A DNA stretch of 64,000 nucleotides, taken from positions 132,866,001 to 132,930,000 of the forward strand of contig NC_042997.1 of NCBI RefSeq assembly GCF_006345805.1, given 5' to 3'. Below are positions 1-14,461 of this stretch, piece by piece. The stretch's first letter is position 1. Every line of letters starts with the position of its first letter. The notes under the pieces are model-generated. The model was not told where the DNA came from and searched no databases. It saw only the letters and a program-made list of their open reading frames with translations. Source of the stretch: Octopus sinensis (Eukaryota). The position numbers were made by a program, and so were the translations under genes.

Positions 1-183
1 TAACAAAATATATTTCTTTTGTAGAATATGATTAGCTTAGTGTGCAATAAAGAAGACAAAAATAAGGATTGCAGAAATGATATAACGATATGGAAGAATA
101 GCTAACGTTATTAGCTTGAATTGGAGTGTATTCCTGGGCTCTCCGATAATTGCTTTGCACAGAACAAAATACACTTGTTCTTT

Positions 184-415
184 GTCATGTATGTATGTAT
201 GTATGTATGTATGTATGTATGTATGTATGTATGTATGTATGTATGTAGTATGTGTGTGTGTGTGTAAGTATGTATGTGTTTGTGTGTGTGTAAATGAATA
301 TATGAACATGTTAAAGTGTGTATTCATTAATCTATGCATATTCTTGTATTCTGTTATTCTCTAGTTTAAGTCATTGCGGTCATGCTGTGTGTATTTGTGT
401 GTGTGTGCGTCTGCG

Positions 416-481
<66 letters not shown>

Positions 482-692
482 CATGCATGCATACATTCAT
501 GCACACACGTAGACACACATATAAATACATACATACATACATGCATACATGCATACATACATGCATGCATACATGCATACATGCATACATACATGCATTC
601 ATACATACTACATACATGCATGCATACATACATACATACATATATACACACATACATACATACATGCATACATACATACACACATACATACA
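184..692. repeat. Compound microsatellite (TATG)n/(TG)n/(CATA)n
   Basis: Directly visible simple repeats; explains the overlapping HTYI/MYVC ORFs. Confidence 0.95.
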
Positions 693-1815
693 TTCTTTGT
701 CTGATAACCTTAAATACGTGCCCAAAGAAGTCGCACGATTGCATCGGAACGTATCATGAGATGAAAGGATGAGCTTATATGCGCGGAAGACTATGCATGG
801 ATTTGCATGGATAGTAGAAAGCTCCGAGATAATAGTAATATTGATCATCAAAGCAGTCTATCATGGCCCAATAGCCGGATTAGTACCTCCCACCTTGAGG
901 AGTATGCGTTTGCAATCCAGGAACAGGAAATAGCAACCAAGTACCCTATGCACAAAAAGGATAGAGATGCAGGAAAAGCCGTAAAATATGACAATCGATG
1001 CAGACTTTGTGGAGTTCAAATTGAAGATAACACCCATATCATAAGCAGTTGTCTGAAAATGTCATCACGGTATTATCTACCGATGAGACATGATGTAGCT
1101 AGGACACTCAATAATGAAATATGTCGGAAGGATAACCCCGAGGACAAAGAAATAAGAACCCACAGTATGGTAGAAGCCATAGCCACTCATAATACAAAAG
1201 AGAATGGTGGAATGTCCCAGTGAAGACCTCAATAAAATTTAAGCACAACAGATTTGATATAATGATTTGGGATCGAGAAGAGAAACTGTGTTTAGTTGTG
1301 AAAATTAGCTGCTAAGTGAATGTTAACATAAAGGTGAAGATCAGTGGAAAAGAGAACACCTACGCTGATCTATTGAGAAATTTGCGGTTACTCTATCCAG
1401 ATTACAAGTTCAGGTTAATACCTGTAATTATTGGGGTTCTGGGATATATAACACACTGCCTAAATACCAATGTTGAGAAATTAAGCTTCATAAAACAAGA
1501 AAGGAGGAAGCTAATTCGAAGACTACTGATCCAATCCATCACTGGAACTGTAAAAAATCCGTAAAACTTCCCAGAAGCTTATCATTTAAATATATATTAG
1601 CATGTCTAGATATGCAAGTATATGCATGAGAACACATACATAAAACAAAATATACAAATCTGCACATATATATACATATATGCGTACATATATATAAAAT
1701 ACCTTGTTGTTGATAATGTTGAACTTGATGCTGCTTCCAAGGACGGAACCTTCGATCAAAGTTAGAAACCGGCTCCTTCTCTATTGGTAAGAAATTTTGA
1801 AATAAAACTGAAGAA
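693..1815 (+). mobile_element. 5'-truncated R4/Dong-clade non-LTR retrotransposon (zinc knuckle + restriction-like endonuclease + 3'UTR), degenerate
   Basis: ORF 807-1223 has AIQEQEI, CRLC...HIISSC...RHD (CCHC knuckle); downstream frames give degenerate RLE motifs (NRFDIMIWD, IPVIIGVLG); AATAAA at ~1801, then (CATA)n. Confidence 0.85.
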
Positions 1816-2850
1816 TAACATACAAACATGCATACATACATATATGCATACATACATATATGCATACATACATACATACATGCATATATGCATACATACA
1901 TACGTACATACATACATACATACATACATACATACATACATACATACATACATACATACATACATACATACATACGCAGTAGTAGGTGTCTCATGTCGGC
2001 CTATCTCGCGATTGAACAGGCAACCAAAGTTGCGAAGTTATCTTTTTTCTACATTGCTATGTATATCCTCACTCACAGAAAATATATTTATGACTAACAT
2101 AGTCTAACATACCTTTAGCTTACTAGTATAATTAATATAATTTTGGGTTTAATCCTCAATTTCCCATTTTATTTTAAGCTTTGAATTTTAATTTAACCCT
2201 TGAATGCTGAGAATATTTCTGAGTTTCTCCGGGATATTAACAAAGAGCAACAGCCATACCCAGGTATTTTGTCAATGGCTGACAAATCGAATTCATAGCA
2301 AATCTTCAAATGTTATAAATGAAATGATTTATTAGATTTGGTTGAACATTTGAATGTAATCCCTATTCCCATTTGTGAATAAGTAAACCCGTTTTTAACT
2401 TATTTACCATCAGATAACCTATGCGGTTGAGTCTGCGCAAATTATGCCAAGACACGTTGAATAAGAGTTTAAAAGGGATTAAAACAGATACGTGGGTCAT
2501 AAAGAGACTACCAGTGCTCAGATGTCTTGATTAAGATTAGCTATAAATTAAGATATATTTCTGATGAATAGATTACTTATGAAAAACACCGCTTATCTAT
2601 GCATACATAGCTCTAATGTTTAGATTGTGAATAGGAAAATTGGGTAGTGGTAGTGTGTATACACAAATATAGTTAATTTAGTTTTGTCCGTTTCCAAGCT
2701 TGAATATGTTAGTGGAATATATTTTTGAAGTTTTGTTTTAGAGCCGGATGCCCTTCCTGTTGCTAACCATTTTCAAGTTAAGGATGTTTTATTTCACACG
2801 CTCGTAGTCATTGGATAACGCGAATGTAAACGCATCCGTATATATATCAT

Positions 2851-3042
2851 ATGGGTGCTGAGGTATCTGTGTGATAAGAAGCTTGCTTCCGACCATATGG
2901 TTCTCGGTTCAGCCCCACTGCGTGGTACCTTGTGTAGGTATCTTCTACTATAGCGTCGGGCGGACCAAAGCCTTGAGTGCATCTGTTAGATGGGGTTTGA
3001 AAAAAGACTGCCGTCTGTGTGTGTGTACGTGCATGCGTGTAC

Positions 3043-3087
<45 letters not shown>

Positions 3088-3302
3088 CATGGTGTGTATG
3101 TCTTTGTGTCTGTGTTGTCCCCACATCACCGCTTGACAACCGGTGTTGGTGTGTTTACGTCGCCGTAAACTAGCGTTTCGGCCAAAGCGACCGATGGAAT
3201 AAGTACTAGGCTTACAAAGAATAAGTCCTGGGGACGATTTCTTCGACTAAAACCCTTCAAGGTGGTGCTCCAGCATGGCCGCAGACAAATGACTGAAACA
3301 AA
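2851..3302 (+). mobile_element. tRNA-derived SINE family A (internal TA/TG microsatellite)
   Basis: Homologous to copies at 14.5, 38.2 and 46.8 kb and on the minus strand at 24.1, 28.3 and 60.2 kb; tRNA-like head GGTTC...CCCACTG, ends GACTGAAAC. Confidence 0.85.
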
Positions 3303-4152
3303 AATATGTATATTCTTTTATTCTTTTACTTGTTTTAATCACTTGACTGCGGCCATGCTGGAATACTCCCTTAAAGGGTTTTAGACCTATATACATTTAA
3401 AGACACACACACACATGTATATATATTTATGAATGTATGCATGTATATTTGTGAGTATATATGTGCAAAATGAGGAAATCAGTGAACTATTGGCATCAGT
3501 TTGGACAACAACAATGAATTAAGGCATTTTAAATGACATTTAAGATGAATCCTTGGTTTATAGAACTTCGCATTCAGAAAAACCAGCCACCTGCTCTGAG
3601 TCGTAAATATATCTTTACATAATTCAATTTATCGCTATATCTCGCATATATAAGCTTTTGCTTATTTTAACTTTTTAGATTTGTGATCTCTCTCTCTCTC
3701 TACCTCTCTCTTTCTCGTTCTCTTTCTTTCTCTCACTTCCTTTACACATATACATTTGTATACACATATGTAAGTGTATATCTGAGTTCGTACAAAACGG
3801 AGAAACAGAACTCCATATGTTAAATAAGGAATATATATGTATGAGTGCGTTTTTATACATACACATACATATCTGTATATATATATATATATGTGTGTGT
3901 GTATGTATATATATGTGTGTGTGTATGTTTATGTGTGTGTATGCATGTGTTTGTGTGTATATGTGGTTATTTATAAACTGTAAAAGTACGTTAGTAACTA
4001 AAGGGCTTAGTGTTTCGTGCAAAACACCGATCAAAAGTTTGTTAAGTGCTTTGCAAGAAACTCGAGGCTCTTGAGTTGCTTACGTAATATTAAAAGTATT
4101 ATGTATATGAGTGTGTGTGCGTGTGAGCCTGTGTATGAGTATGTGAGAGCCT

Positions 4153-4190
<38 letters not shown>

Positions 4191-4869
4191 GTATGTATGC
4201 ATGCATTGCTTTGTGTGTGCTCGTGTGTATCCTGCGTACGTAACCAATAAATTTTGTTTACGTACACGCAAACGTATAGTTTGATCATTAAATCTTGAAT
4301 AAATAATGATTTTCATGTCAAAGAGTGCTTGAACTGGAAGGACAATCCAAATGAATGTATGTAATTCCTGTGAAGCGTCTGTGCTGGCCAAAAACAAGTA
4401 AGTTTACATTGAAGAAGCATAAATTAAGAGAGTAGTTGGAGAAGGTAGTGAGAATTGGATTTCGATAGGTAGAGAAATACATAAAAACAGTAAATAATGG
4501 TTGTGGTTCTCTTTGGTAGAAAGAATGCGAGACAAATGACGAGGAGTAAATGGCCTGAAAGAATAGACAGACAAAAAATCTCAGATAAGAAAGAAGCAGA
4601 AAAATTCGAAATACAAAGTAGGAAAGGGATAGTTGCAGGTTAAGCGAGGTTAAAAATGTCTGTTGAAAATTAAGAATAAGAGTGTAATAATAAAGCGATC
4701 AAGAAACCACCCCATACACAAACGCACATACCAGTCACCCATGCATACCAGCCTATCCTTTCTTCTCCACTGACTACCGCCATCACCCTTTGTCTTTTCC
4801 CTATCACTTTCTATCTAAATAGTTCACTACCTATGTACCTATCTATGTCAAGAATACATATACATTGCT

Positions 4870-5135
4870 TCCGGCACGTTGGGCAAATTTCTTCTACTAT
4901 AGCAACGGACCGACCAAAGTCATGTGAGTGGATTTGGTACATGGAAACTGAAACTGAAAGAAGCCCGTCGTATATATATATATATGTGTGTGTTTGTGTG
5001 TCAGTGTTTGTCCCTTCCACACCATCGCTTGACAACCAATATTGGTGTCAGCTAGCGGTTCGGCAAAAAAAAAACACCATAGAATAAGTACTAACTTACA
5101 AAGAATAGGTCATGGGGTCGATTTATTCGGAGAAT
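4870..5135 (+). mobile_element. SINE family A, partial
   Basis: Matches the middle and 3' part of family A. Confidence 0.75.
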
Positions 5136-5419
5136 CGAAATCACTTCCTCATGATTATGATTGCGACACTCTAAACGCTGAGCTGTGCGCCTCCATTCAC
5201 ACACCCACCCACACACGCACACACACATATGTGCACACACACACACACATATATGTGCACACACACATATATGTGCACACACACACACAAAATGGGAGGG
5301 AGATAATGATAGAAAATAATGTGTATGCATTCTTGAGATAGATAGATATATAAGTAGTGAACTATTTAAATAGAAAGTGATAAAGAAAAAGATAAAGGGG
5401 GATGGTTAGAGGTAAATTA

Positions 5420-5640
5420 CGAAGGAGGGGCTGAAAAGTTTCTGACTTTGGGTAAGAAGAAAATACAGGAGGATCAGTTGATTATAATGTTATTGAACAT
5501 ATTCCTCTCTCAGATGTACACACTAATTGCAGCGGTCCTTCAGTATTTCTCAGCCTTGTAAAAGAACTCGAAATGCTGGACCTCGAACGAGGCTTTTTTG
5601 TGATGTTCTTAAAGCTAGGAATTTTGTAGTACCCCATTCG
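5420..5640. mobile_element. Mariner-type MITE, degenerate
   Basis: TA at both ends; imperfect TIRs CGAAGGAGGGGCTGAAAAGTTTCTGACTTT / AAAGCTAGGAATTTTGTAGTACCCCATTCG; no ORF. Confidence 0.55.
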
Positions 5641-6017
5641 TAAAGAAATAAGAACTAAGTCGTTAATAGAAAGTGAGATATATATATAGAGAGAGAGTGT
5701 GAGTTTGAGAGAAGGACAGAGAGTGTGTTCACGTGTGTATGAGTGTGCGTAAGTGTGTGTGTGATTGAGATGAAGAAAGGAACAGAGTAATACATGTGTC
5801 CATGAGAGATAGAGAAAAAAAGCAGAGGTAGAGGGAGTGAAACGGATGTAGGGTTAAAGAGAACGTGCGTGTAGAAATGTGAGACAGTGAGCAAGTAGAG
5901 GGTGGTGAGGAGAAAGGGGAAATAAATGATAGCGATAAAGATATCTCGGAGGTTTGCTTGAAAGAGGATAGTGTGTGTGTGTGTGTGTATGGACGCGCGT
6001 GTGTTTATGTGCATGTG

Positions 6018-6052
<35 letters not shown>

Positions 6053-6439
6053 GTAGGCTTGCGTGCATGTAAAACATTTGTATCCATGCGTGTGGATTTG
6101 TGCAATATTGAGATAGTGTTTGTTTGTGCTACAGACAATGTGTCGAGAGCTAGAGCCAATGTGGCGAGGTAACTAAGAAAAGTAAAAAAGAGAAAAAGAG
6201 ACAGAGTTAAGAAGAGTACGATGAAAAACAGAAGTGAAGAAGTGTCTGACAAAAAACTAAAAACAGGAGAGAAATATCTAAAAACAAAGAGGAAGATGAA
6301 CTATAGTAATATTATTTAAAATAATACGAAGCAAGAAATGGTGGAAAGAGAGATTCCGAGCAGTGAATACGTTCTGTGTTCTCTCGTTGAAAAATCAATC
6401 CAAGGAGATCAGTTAGAATGATAAGAACGTGTTGTAGTT

Positions 6440-6630
6440 AGTTTAACCGCCTGACAACCGGTGTTGGTGTGTTTACCGCCCAATAGCTTAGCGGTTCGGC
6501 AAAAATGATGGTTAAAATAAATATCATGCTTTAAAGAGAAAAAGGTACTGGGATCGATTCGTTCGACTAAAATCCTCCAAGGCGGTGCCCCAGCATGGCC
6601 GTAGCCTAATGACTGAGACGAGTAAAAGAT
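6440..6630 (+). mobile_element. SINE family A, 3' part
   Basis: GACAACCGGTGTTGGTGTGTTTAC...GGCGGTGCCCCAGCATGGCCG matches family A. Confidence 0.7.
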
Positions 6631-8436
6631 AAATACGACGGGATTCTTTTTCAGTTTCCGTCTACCCATCGGATGGCTTTTAAGCTAAGCTCCTGTGGAG
6701 GACTCTTCATTAGGCCTTGGATCCAACAAAGACATTTTGTGCATTGAATACTTATTAAATTTTATTAAACTGCAACAATATTTTTGAATCAATGAACAAT
6801 TTTCATTAACACAATAATATAATTTGTCGACTTGGAACTTATTGCAAAGCTGCACGATAAACAACAGTACAACCACCATCGCCACCACATCTGCCATCCA
6901 TACTTCTGACGCCACCACCATCAATACCTTTGACTTCACCGCCTACTCCTCCACCACCATCACCATTGTCTTTCACATCGCTTACTCTCACCGTCATTCC
7001 TGACCGCCTCGGCTACCACCACAACCACCAATTTAATGCCGCCTCTGCAACTACAGCTCGTACTATTACTATCACCCCATTACCATCAGTGTTCAGTATG
7101 TTTGTTCAATATGTTAGTTCAGTATGTTAGTTCAGTGTGCAGTCCCTCTTTCTCTCACATATCCGCTCTTTCTTTCTTTTTTATTATTACTCCAACTGCC
7201 ACCATTAACTGCTGAGCTGCTGCTACTGCTGCTGCTGCTGCTACTACTACTACTACTATTACTACTACTACTACTATCTCTCCAGCTCTCACACTGGCAA
7301 TAAAGAAATGAGGACGGTAATGGTTTTATCCGAAATAAATGTTTCATTATATACGTCCCTGGTTTTCCTTGTCCTTTTGCGAAGTTAATAATTCAATCGA
7401 ATGCATTGTAGCTTTTCATAAACTCTAGATTCCTAACCACGACGTTCTGAAGAAATTCAACTAAATGGAAATAGCAGCTATATACGAATGTTAATAACAA
7501 AAGTTAAAAATTGGGACATTGAAACAAGTAAATACATAAAAATATTTTCTGTTTCTTTCATGGAGGAGAAAAATACAAGTATTCTTGGTAAAAAGATTCC
7601 TTTCCCTGATATTGCGATATATGTGTACTTACGTAATATGTACTTACGTTATGTGTACAAGCTTATATGTGTACTTACGTAATATATACGTACGTAGGTA
7701 TGCACGAGGTTATGTATAGTACAAGATGTGAATAAAGTAAAAAAAGCGCAGAATGATTTACTAACATCTTTACACCTGTTTCAGTGAGTGTTGCATAATG
7801 AGTGCTTAAAATCATTTTACATAATTCTTACGTGTACATTAGACGTAAAATATCATGGAACACTCATTGATTATAAATCGTGTACTTTAATAGGCATTTT
7901 AATAACATTACATACACATACACACACGCACACACTCCCAGAAACACATACATATAGATAATTACGTGTGAGAGAAAGTTTTGTACTAGAAGAGAGGTTA
8001 ATGTTGATATCTGCATGAACTTATAGTCGATTTAGACGTCTGTAGTCAGTGATTGGTATTCATATTATTGATCTTCTTGGAGAAGTTAAAGGCAATGTTA
8101 ACCTGGTAGACATCGACATTGAAAGAGCATAGAGTTCTGTACATAAGATTAGAGTTGTATAGTCCAAAGCCCTGTCTCAATAATAAATGTAATTCTGTTA
8201 ATGTCAATTTTCATATAAGTATGATGACAAAGAATTGATAATATAACAAAAGGAAAATGCTTTTCGCAGAACTCATTTATTTTTCTATGCAGTAACATAT
8301 TTAACGTAGCCGGCCAATAAATTTTCAGTAATAAAAGTTTTCTTGGTACAGGGCATTATTTATGCTATAACCGAACCTACCATTTAGCCCTTGTTTTTTT
8401 TTCCTCCTTTTTTATGATTCACTCCTGTGCTTAAGC

Positions 8437-8680
8437 GGAGGCGCGTGGTTTAGTGGTTAGGGTGTCAACATCATGATCTAAGATTTTGGTTTCGATCCCT
8501 GGACCGGGCGACGCGTTGTGTTCTTGAGCAAAACACTTCATTTCACGTTGCTCCAGTCCACTCCGCTGGCAAAAATGAGTAACGCTGTGATGGACTGGCG
8601 TCCCGTTCAGCTGGCGAACACATACGCCATAGAAATCGGGCCTATGAGCCTGGCTAGGCTTTAAAAGGACGCATTTATTA
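8437..8680 (+). mobile_element. tRNA-derived SINE with CORE-like domain
   Basis: A-box-like GTGGTTTAGTGG, B-box-like GGTTTCGATCCC, then GTGTTCTTGAGCAAAACACTTCATTTCAC resembling the CORE domain. Confidence 0.7.
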
Positions 8681-8867
8681 TTATTTTTTTTCCTGTGTGC
8701 TTAAGTTTTTTTAGGTCTCTATGTTTTAAATCCAAACTGTAGAATACCAAGATTAATTCTAGTTCATGCTGTTGATGTTGTTTGAACTGCATGTTAGCCT
8801 TGATTGAATAGACCTATGATGTAAAGTGTTTTACAACTTTGACCAACCAGTTTTTTTTCATTAGATT

Positions 8868-9175
8868 GCTGTTGTTTGTTCCTTCTCGAGCCACGTCTGG
8901 CTCATCAGGGCAGGTTTCCCGGTTTCCTTGGCGTATAGGTTCCCCACCTGGACGGGACGCCGGTCCGTCGCAGGTGAGCTGCAAGATGCAGGAGTAAAGA
9001 GTGAGAGAAGGTTGTGGCGAAAGAGTCAGCAGAAGTTCGCCATTACCTTCAGCCGGAGCCGCGTGGAGCTTAGGTGCTTCGCTCATAAACACCCACATCG
9101 CCCGGTCTGAGATTCGAACCCGCGATCCCTCGACCGCGAACCCGCTGCTCTAACCATTAGGCCACGTGCCTCCAC
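8868..9175 (-). mobile_element. tRNA-derived SINE family C
   Basis: Minus strand GGAGGCACGTGGCCTAATGG...GGGTTCGAATCTC head; related copies at 24633 (+) and 61085-61318 (-). Confidence 0.8.
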
Positions 9176-9629
9176 TTTTTCATTAGATAGGTGAAATAAA
9201 TACCTGAGATGCTTCCCCTCCATGTAGAAACTGCAGGAGCTACTTGAAGATATTACAAGCCTTTCTTCTGGTGGTGACGAAGGCCATCGCGATGCTGGAA
9301 AAAGCTTCTGTATCATAGCAGGTATCTCAGAGTCACCAGTGTTTCGCTCTTTAGCCTTTACTCTTCTGTGATGACGTTATCTGAAGCAAAATGGTAGGAT
9401 TTTACGGAAATCTGCCTATTGTTTCTAGCAGATTGTGCAGCGAGCATGTAGAGGCTCCACGTTGGGGTGTATAAATCACGTTTATCTCCTTGGTGCTGAG
9501 TTAAGCGCTTTAAAACAGTTGGCTTTATCCTTTAAATTTCTAGATAGGGGTTTTCTGGCACAAGTTAGAGGAGTTCATTTCTTCCCATCGGGATTTTACA
9601 AGTTTCGGCTTTGAGAGCATACTGAGTAC

Positions 9630-9814
9630 ATACATGCATGAATGAATATATGTATATATGAATGTATGTATGTATGTATGAATGCATGTATGTATGTATG
9701 TATGTATGTATGTATGTATGTATGTATGTATGTATGTATGCATGCATGCATGCATGCATGCATGTATGTATGTATGTATGTATGTATGTATGTGTGTGTG
9801 TGTATGTATGTATG

Positions 9815-9845
<31 letters not shown>

Positions 9846-10050
9846 GTATGTATGTATATATGTATGTATGTATCTATGTATGTATGCATGTATGTAAGTA
9901 TATATGTATGCATGTATGCATGTATGCGTATGTATGTATGCATGTATGTATGTATGTATGTGTGTGTATGTATGCATGTATGTAAGCATGTGTGTGTGTG
10001 AGAGAGAGAAAGTGTGTGTGTGTGCATGTGTGTGTGTCTATCTCCACGCA
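9630..10050. repeat. (TATG)n/(TG)n microsatellite block
   Basis: Directly visible. Confidence 0.95.
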
Positions 10051-11814
10051 CATATGCAGTATGTTCTTCTTACTATTTATATTGTTAACGTTTATACCCA
10101 AAAAGTCCATTTTTCTGGTATTTCCATTATCAACGCGAACTGTTGAAGAACATGGCTGTTATTACTACTAACCCCTCTTCCGCAATAAGTACATAAGTAA
10201 ATAAATAAAAACTTTGCACCGACGCTATTTATCTTTACCACTTCTGAAATTACACTCCCAAAATTCGAGCATTATTAATCGTGTTAAAAAAATTCAAGTG
10301 CAAAAAAGTGTTGCTGTTATTACTATTAACCAATAGGCCGTATTTATTTATTTATTTATTTATTACACAGTCAGACATGTCAAAAGGAAAGATATTTAAA
10401 ATTGACTATTGCTCATGTCTGAACAATATTCTTTCATAGGTTAATCTTTTAATTTTGGCCTATGGAAATCGAAAGACGCTAGTGCTTCTGACATCGTTCA
10501 GTGCATAAGTAAGTGTAAGAGCTACGTTTGGTTTTAGCGTATATTAAAGGTTTTGTTAGTTTATGAGAAGTTGAGTTTATCATAGGCTTATTGCAGCTTT
10601 CGATCTCGATTCCCTATTGTCTTTACAGATTTTGACCCTAATCAATATCTTAGAAATATATAGGTTTTATGCAGATAATTGGTTCTCAACATACTATACT
10701 GAAAACATAATTTTGACGGCGACTCAGCGACTCATAAAGAGTTAAAGCATATATTTTTCTACTTCTTATGTTAAGAGCACTGCGTATTGACCGAAGAAAG
10801 ATATTCTGCTACAAGATCATAGTTCCTGATTTCATATCTGCTGCAGTCATTAACTGTTCGACCACACGCTTAATTCTTAAAACATGACACGTATAATATA
10901 GCCTTAGGAAATGTCTAGAACAAACATTATACGTTTTGGTAAATGAAGCGGCGAGAGAAAGCGGGGTTTACGACATGTCTAGCCGGATAATATCGCATGA
11001 GAGTCACATGATAGCTGAAAATTACTTTGGAAAACAGGTGTACTATCCAATGCAAATCTACGTATATTATTTGATTTAGTAGCGTATCTGGCTCTTGCAG
11101 ATATGTTTTTAAAATATTTCCTCCTTTCGGAAGTGACTTATATTGCTTTATAACATTCCTGAAAACTCATTTGGGAAGCTTAAAACCTGAGAAGTCCTAA
11201 TGTCTCCAACGAAGAAAAATTTGAAAGTCCAGGTTAAAAGCAGCCTTTTTGAGAACTGTAGTAAATTTTGGAGAATATTTTTGATAGCTAATGAATCAAT
11301 AAAGCTGAGTAAGATAGAGAATACGGTTAATGAAATTTTAATAAACAGAAATCAATAACTGTGTTGCCAATGAAGTCAAACTTTCGTTACTGAAACTCTT
11401 GTATAATTAATAGTAATAGATACAAACTAAGTCAATTTAGTATTTTAACTGATTTTTTACATACAGTATTCATGATTTTTTTTTAACGAGCCATTGATTA
11501 TTAGTGTTGATGCAAACAGCACGAATACTGTTATTTTAAACCTTAACCAAGATTTAAGAATAAAAAACATTCTAGTACATTTCGCTCGTTTTAGTTTACG
11601 TTCCTTATCAGCTTCAGTGGTATTTGTAGACACGCATAAGTTTTTCATGGTGTGAAGATGCACGAACGTTGGAATCCTGTGTGCGATAAAAGTTTTCGTA
11701 AATTAAATCTTAAGGTAGAGCATATGTATAAAATATGGAATATCTGATAACAAGATAACAATCTGAGACTGATCGAAATTTTAAGCTTTTCTAAAATAAA
11801 ACAATAAAGAAATA

Positions 11815-11870
<56 letters not shown>

Positions 11871-12384
11871 AATATGTTAGAAATTTAGATGTAGCAGTTT
11901 GTAAAATTTTAAAAATGCATTCAGAGATCTGCGCTTCATTCGTATGCTTTGCCCAAAGGCTTATGTGAAATAGCTAAAACCAAAAATCGACATTTATTAG
12001 CAAACTCAGTCCACATGGAACTTACTAGTAACCTATCTGAATAAAATTAATCAATAATATTTCCGCAACACTTACGAGCTTTTATTATTAAAGAATGCAA
12101 TAAACTGCTTTCAGAATTGAAAAGTCGATTTTGATTTTAAATTTAATTTACATTTTAAAAATTGTTCTGTTTTGTTTTGTTTATTGATTTCCCACTTTGA
12201 AAAGTTTACGAGAAAAGTAATCTCGAAAGAATGGTTCCCATTGCATAACTACTAAGCGTTACGCATTTCTAACCCCGTCTCTGCTCTATCCAAAACGGAG
12301 CAATAAAGGGCGGTGTTGATCTCCACATACATTTATTTAATTGTTGGGGAACGCTGTGTTGATGATTACAGATCACGGACCACC

Positions 12385-12685
12385 TTCTGGCAGACACGTT
12401 AGCGCGCCGGGCGAAATGCGTAGCCGTATTTCGTCTGCCGTTACGTTCTGGGTTCAAATTCCGCCGAGGTCGACCTTGCCTTGTGGGTAGTAAAGAAATA
12501 GGTATTTCGTCTGTCGTTACGTTCTGAGTTCAAATTCAGCCGAGGTCGACTTTGCCTTTCATCCTTTCGGGGTCGATAAATAAAGTACCAGTTTCGCACT
12601 GGGGTCGATGTAATCGACTTAATCCCTTTGTATGTCCTTGTTTGTCCTCTCTATGTTTAGCCCCTTGTGGGCAATAAAGAAATAT
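12385..12685 (+). mobile_element. SINE family B, head plus duplicated body
   Basis: GCCGGGCGAAATGCGTAGCC...GGTTCAAATTCCGCCGAGGTCGAC; second body starts after AAGAAATAG at 12502. Confidence 0.85.
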
Positions 12686-13254
12686 ATAACCGCACAATGT
12701 CGACCAAAAGAAATTTCTCCCTGACCTACTTGACCAGAAGACTCGTCACTCAAGCCTGCTCCATCTGAAGTGATTATGTTTGAATAATTCACTTCACATA
12801 AATGCATTCTTGAAATATGATACCATACAGTGAGGTCGAACTTTGAGCCATGCTGCTCAAGGTAAACCTTTTAACCAAACGTCCGAGCTTGCTCCCACAC
12901 CAATAGATAACATCCGGTAGAGCAGAATTGAAGGAGAAAGTCAAAACACTATCAGACAATTAGTCCAGCCCTCCGTTATTTAACTATTCCGGTGCATGCT
13001 TTTTCATAAATACTAATAGCTTCTGTATTATGCTGTGAATGCTTTCGTTCCGACGCAAAAACCTTCGCCGTCAAAAAGTTCTATAGATTCATTGAGCTCA
13101 ACAAGTTTCTTCTGTTTATTCTTGTTTTCCTTTTCTGCTGTCACAATCAGAATTGTTTAAATAATTTAACACTCGCATTGTGTTGTCAGCATTTTCCAAT
13201 ACGCAGTAAATACACTGTCTTCGTGATGACGAATTGATATATGGAATTCTACCC

Positions 13255-13374
13255 TTCTCTCTCTCTCTCTCTCTCTTTCTCCCTCAATACATACATATAT
13301 GCGTATATGTATATATATATATATATTATATATATATATATATATATACATGTATACTCACACATATGTATGTG

Positions 13375-13423
<49 letters not shown>

Positions 13424-13446
13424 ACTCACACATTTGTATGTATGTG

Positions 13447-13509
<63 letters not shown>

Positions 13510-13625
13510 ATATATATGTATGTATATATGTATATATATATGAATGTGTGTATATTATATATATATATATATACACACATATATATACACATATATGCAT
13601 ATACATACACACACACACATATATA

Positions 13626-13700
<75 letters not shown>
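13255..13700. repeat. (CT)n/(TA)n microsatellite block
   Basis: Directly visible. Confidence 0.95.
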
Positions 13701-13704
<4 letters not shown>

Positions 13705-14461
13705 GTGAACATATGCATGCACATTGGCAAACACATATAAAGAGCCGAAAACGTGTTTGTTATGATTTTGTATGTAGAGTAATTTATATTCTTGTCACTC
13801 GGTATTCATAAAATCCGCACGTACTGAAATAAAAACAAAAACACCACCACATGATTAAATACATGCATACATACATATATACATACACACACACACACAC
13901 ATCATATATATGCGCGCGCGTGTGTGAATGTCCATAATAAACGAGTCATCATTATTTATTTGTTTATTGCACACGCGTATGACATATATGGAGTCAAGCA
14001 TCAAATGTCCATATTGTCTGCTTCATTATTCATAGTCACTAATGTCCATCAATAAGGGATTAGTATTGGCGAGACTGTGACCTGGTTTCAATAAACTATT
14101 TTAAGCAATCCCACTACACTTCCACCATTCACAATATTGGGAAAGATATAAAATGGACTGCAATAACATTTTCTTTTGCTCCATTTCTATAACGTTGTCT
14201 AGTGTTTGTTTAAGTAACAAATCCGTATTTAGTTATGAATTACTCTAAATGAGCTTCTCTAGAGCAGGAACAGCTTTGAAAGATGTGCAGAATCCGAACA
14301 ATCAATGTAACTACTGAGATTTTGGTAGTTATTGCTTATAAGATCGTTTAATAAGCTACAAGTGTGTCTAAGCGAATATATTTCTGTAAAATCCGCACCT
14401 CGGGTATGTTTAGGGAAGTTCTTTCTATTGGAACTTTTCTTGGTTCTTTTTGGTCGGCATA

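Noticed and set aside
6865-7290. Pro/Thr/Ser-rich ORFs
   Set aside because: Degenerate (CCA/CTA/CTG)n low-complexity sequence without splice signals or domains.
8881-8910. CTGATGA + GCCA/TGGC hairpin at the 3' end of a family C SINE (minus strand) as a hammerhead
   Set aside because: Followed by UCGAGAAGG, not GAAA; no stem III or NUH site.
12690-12770. 36-bp micro-exon (TTCAG|ATGGAGC...CAA|GTAGGT) on the minus strand
   Set aside because: Splice-like words are common by chance at this length; no further support.
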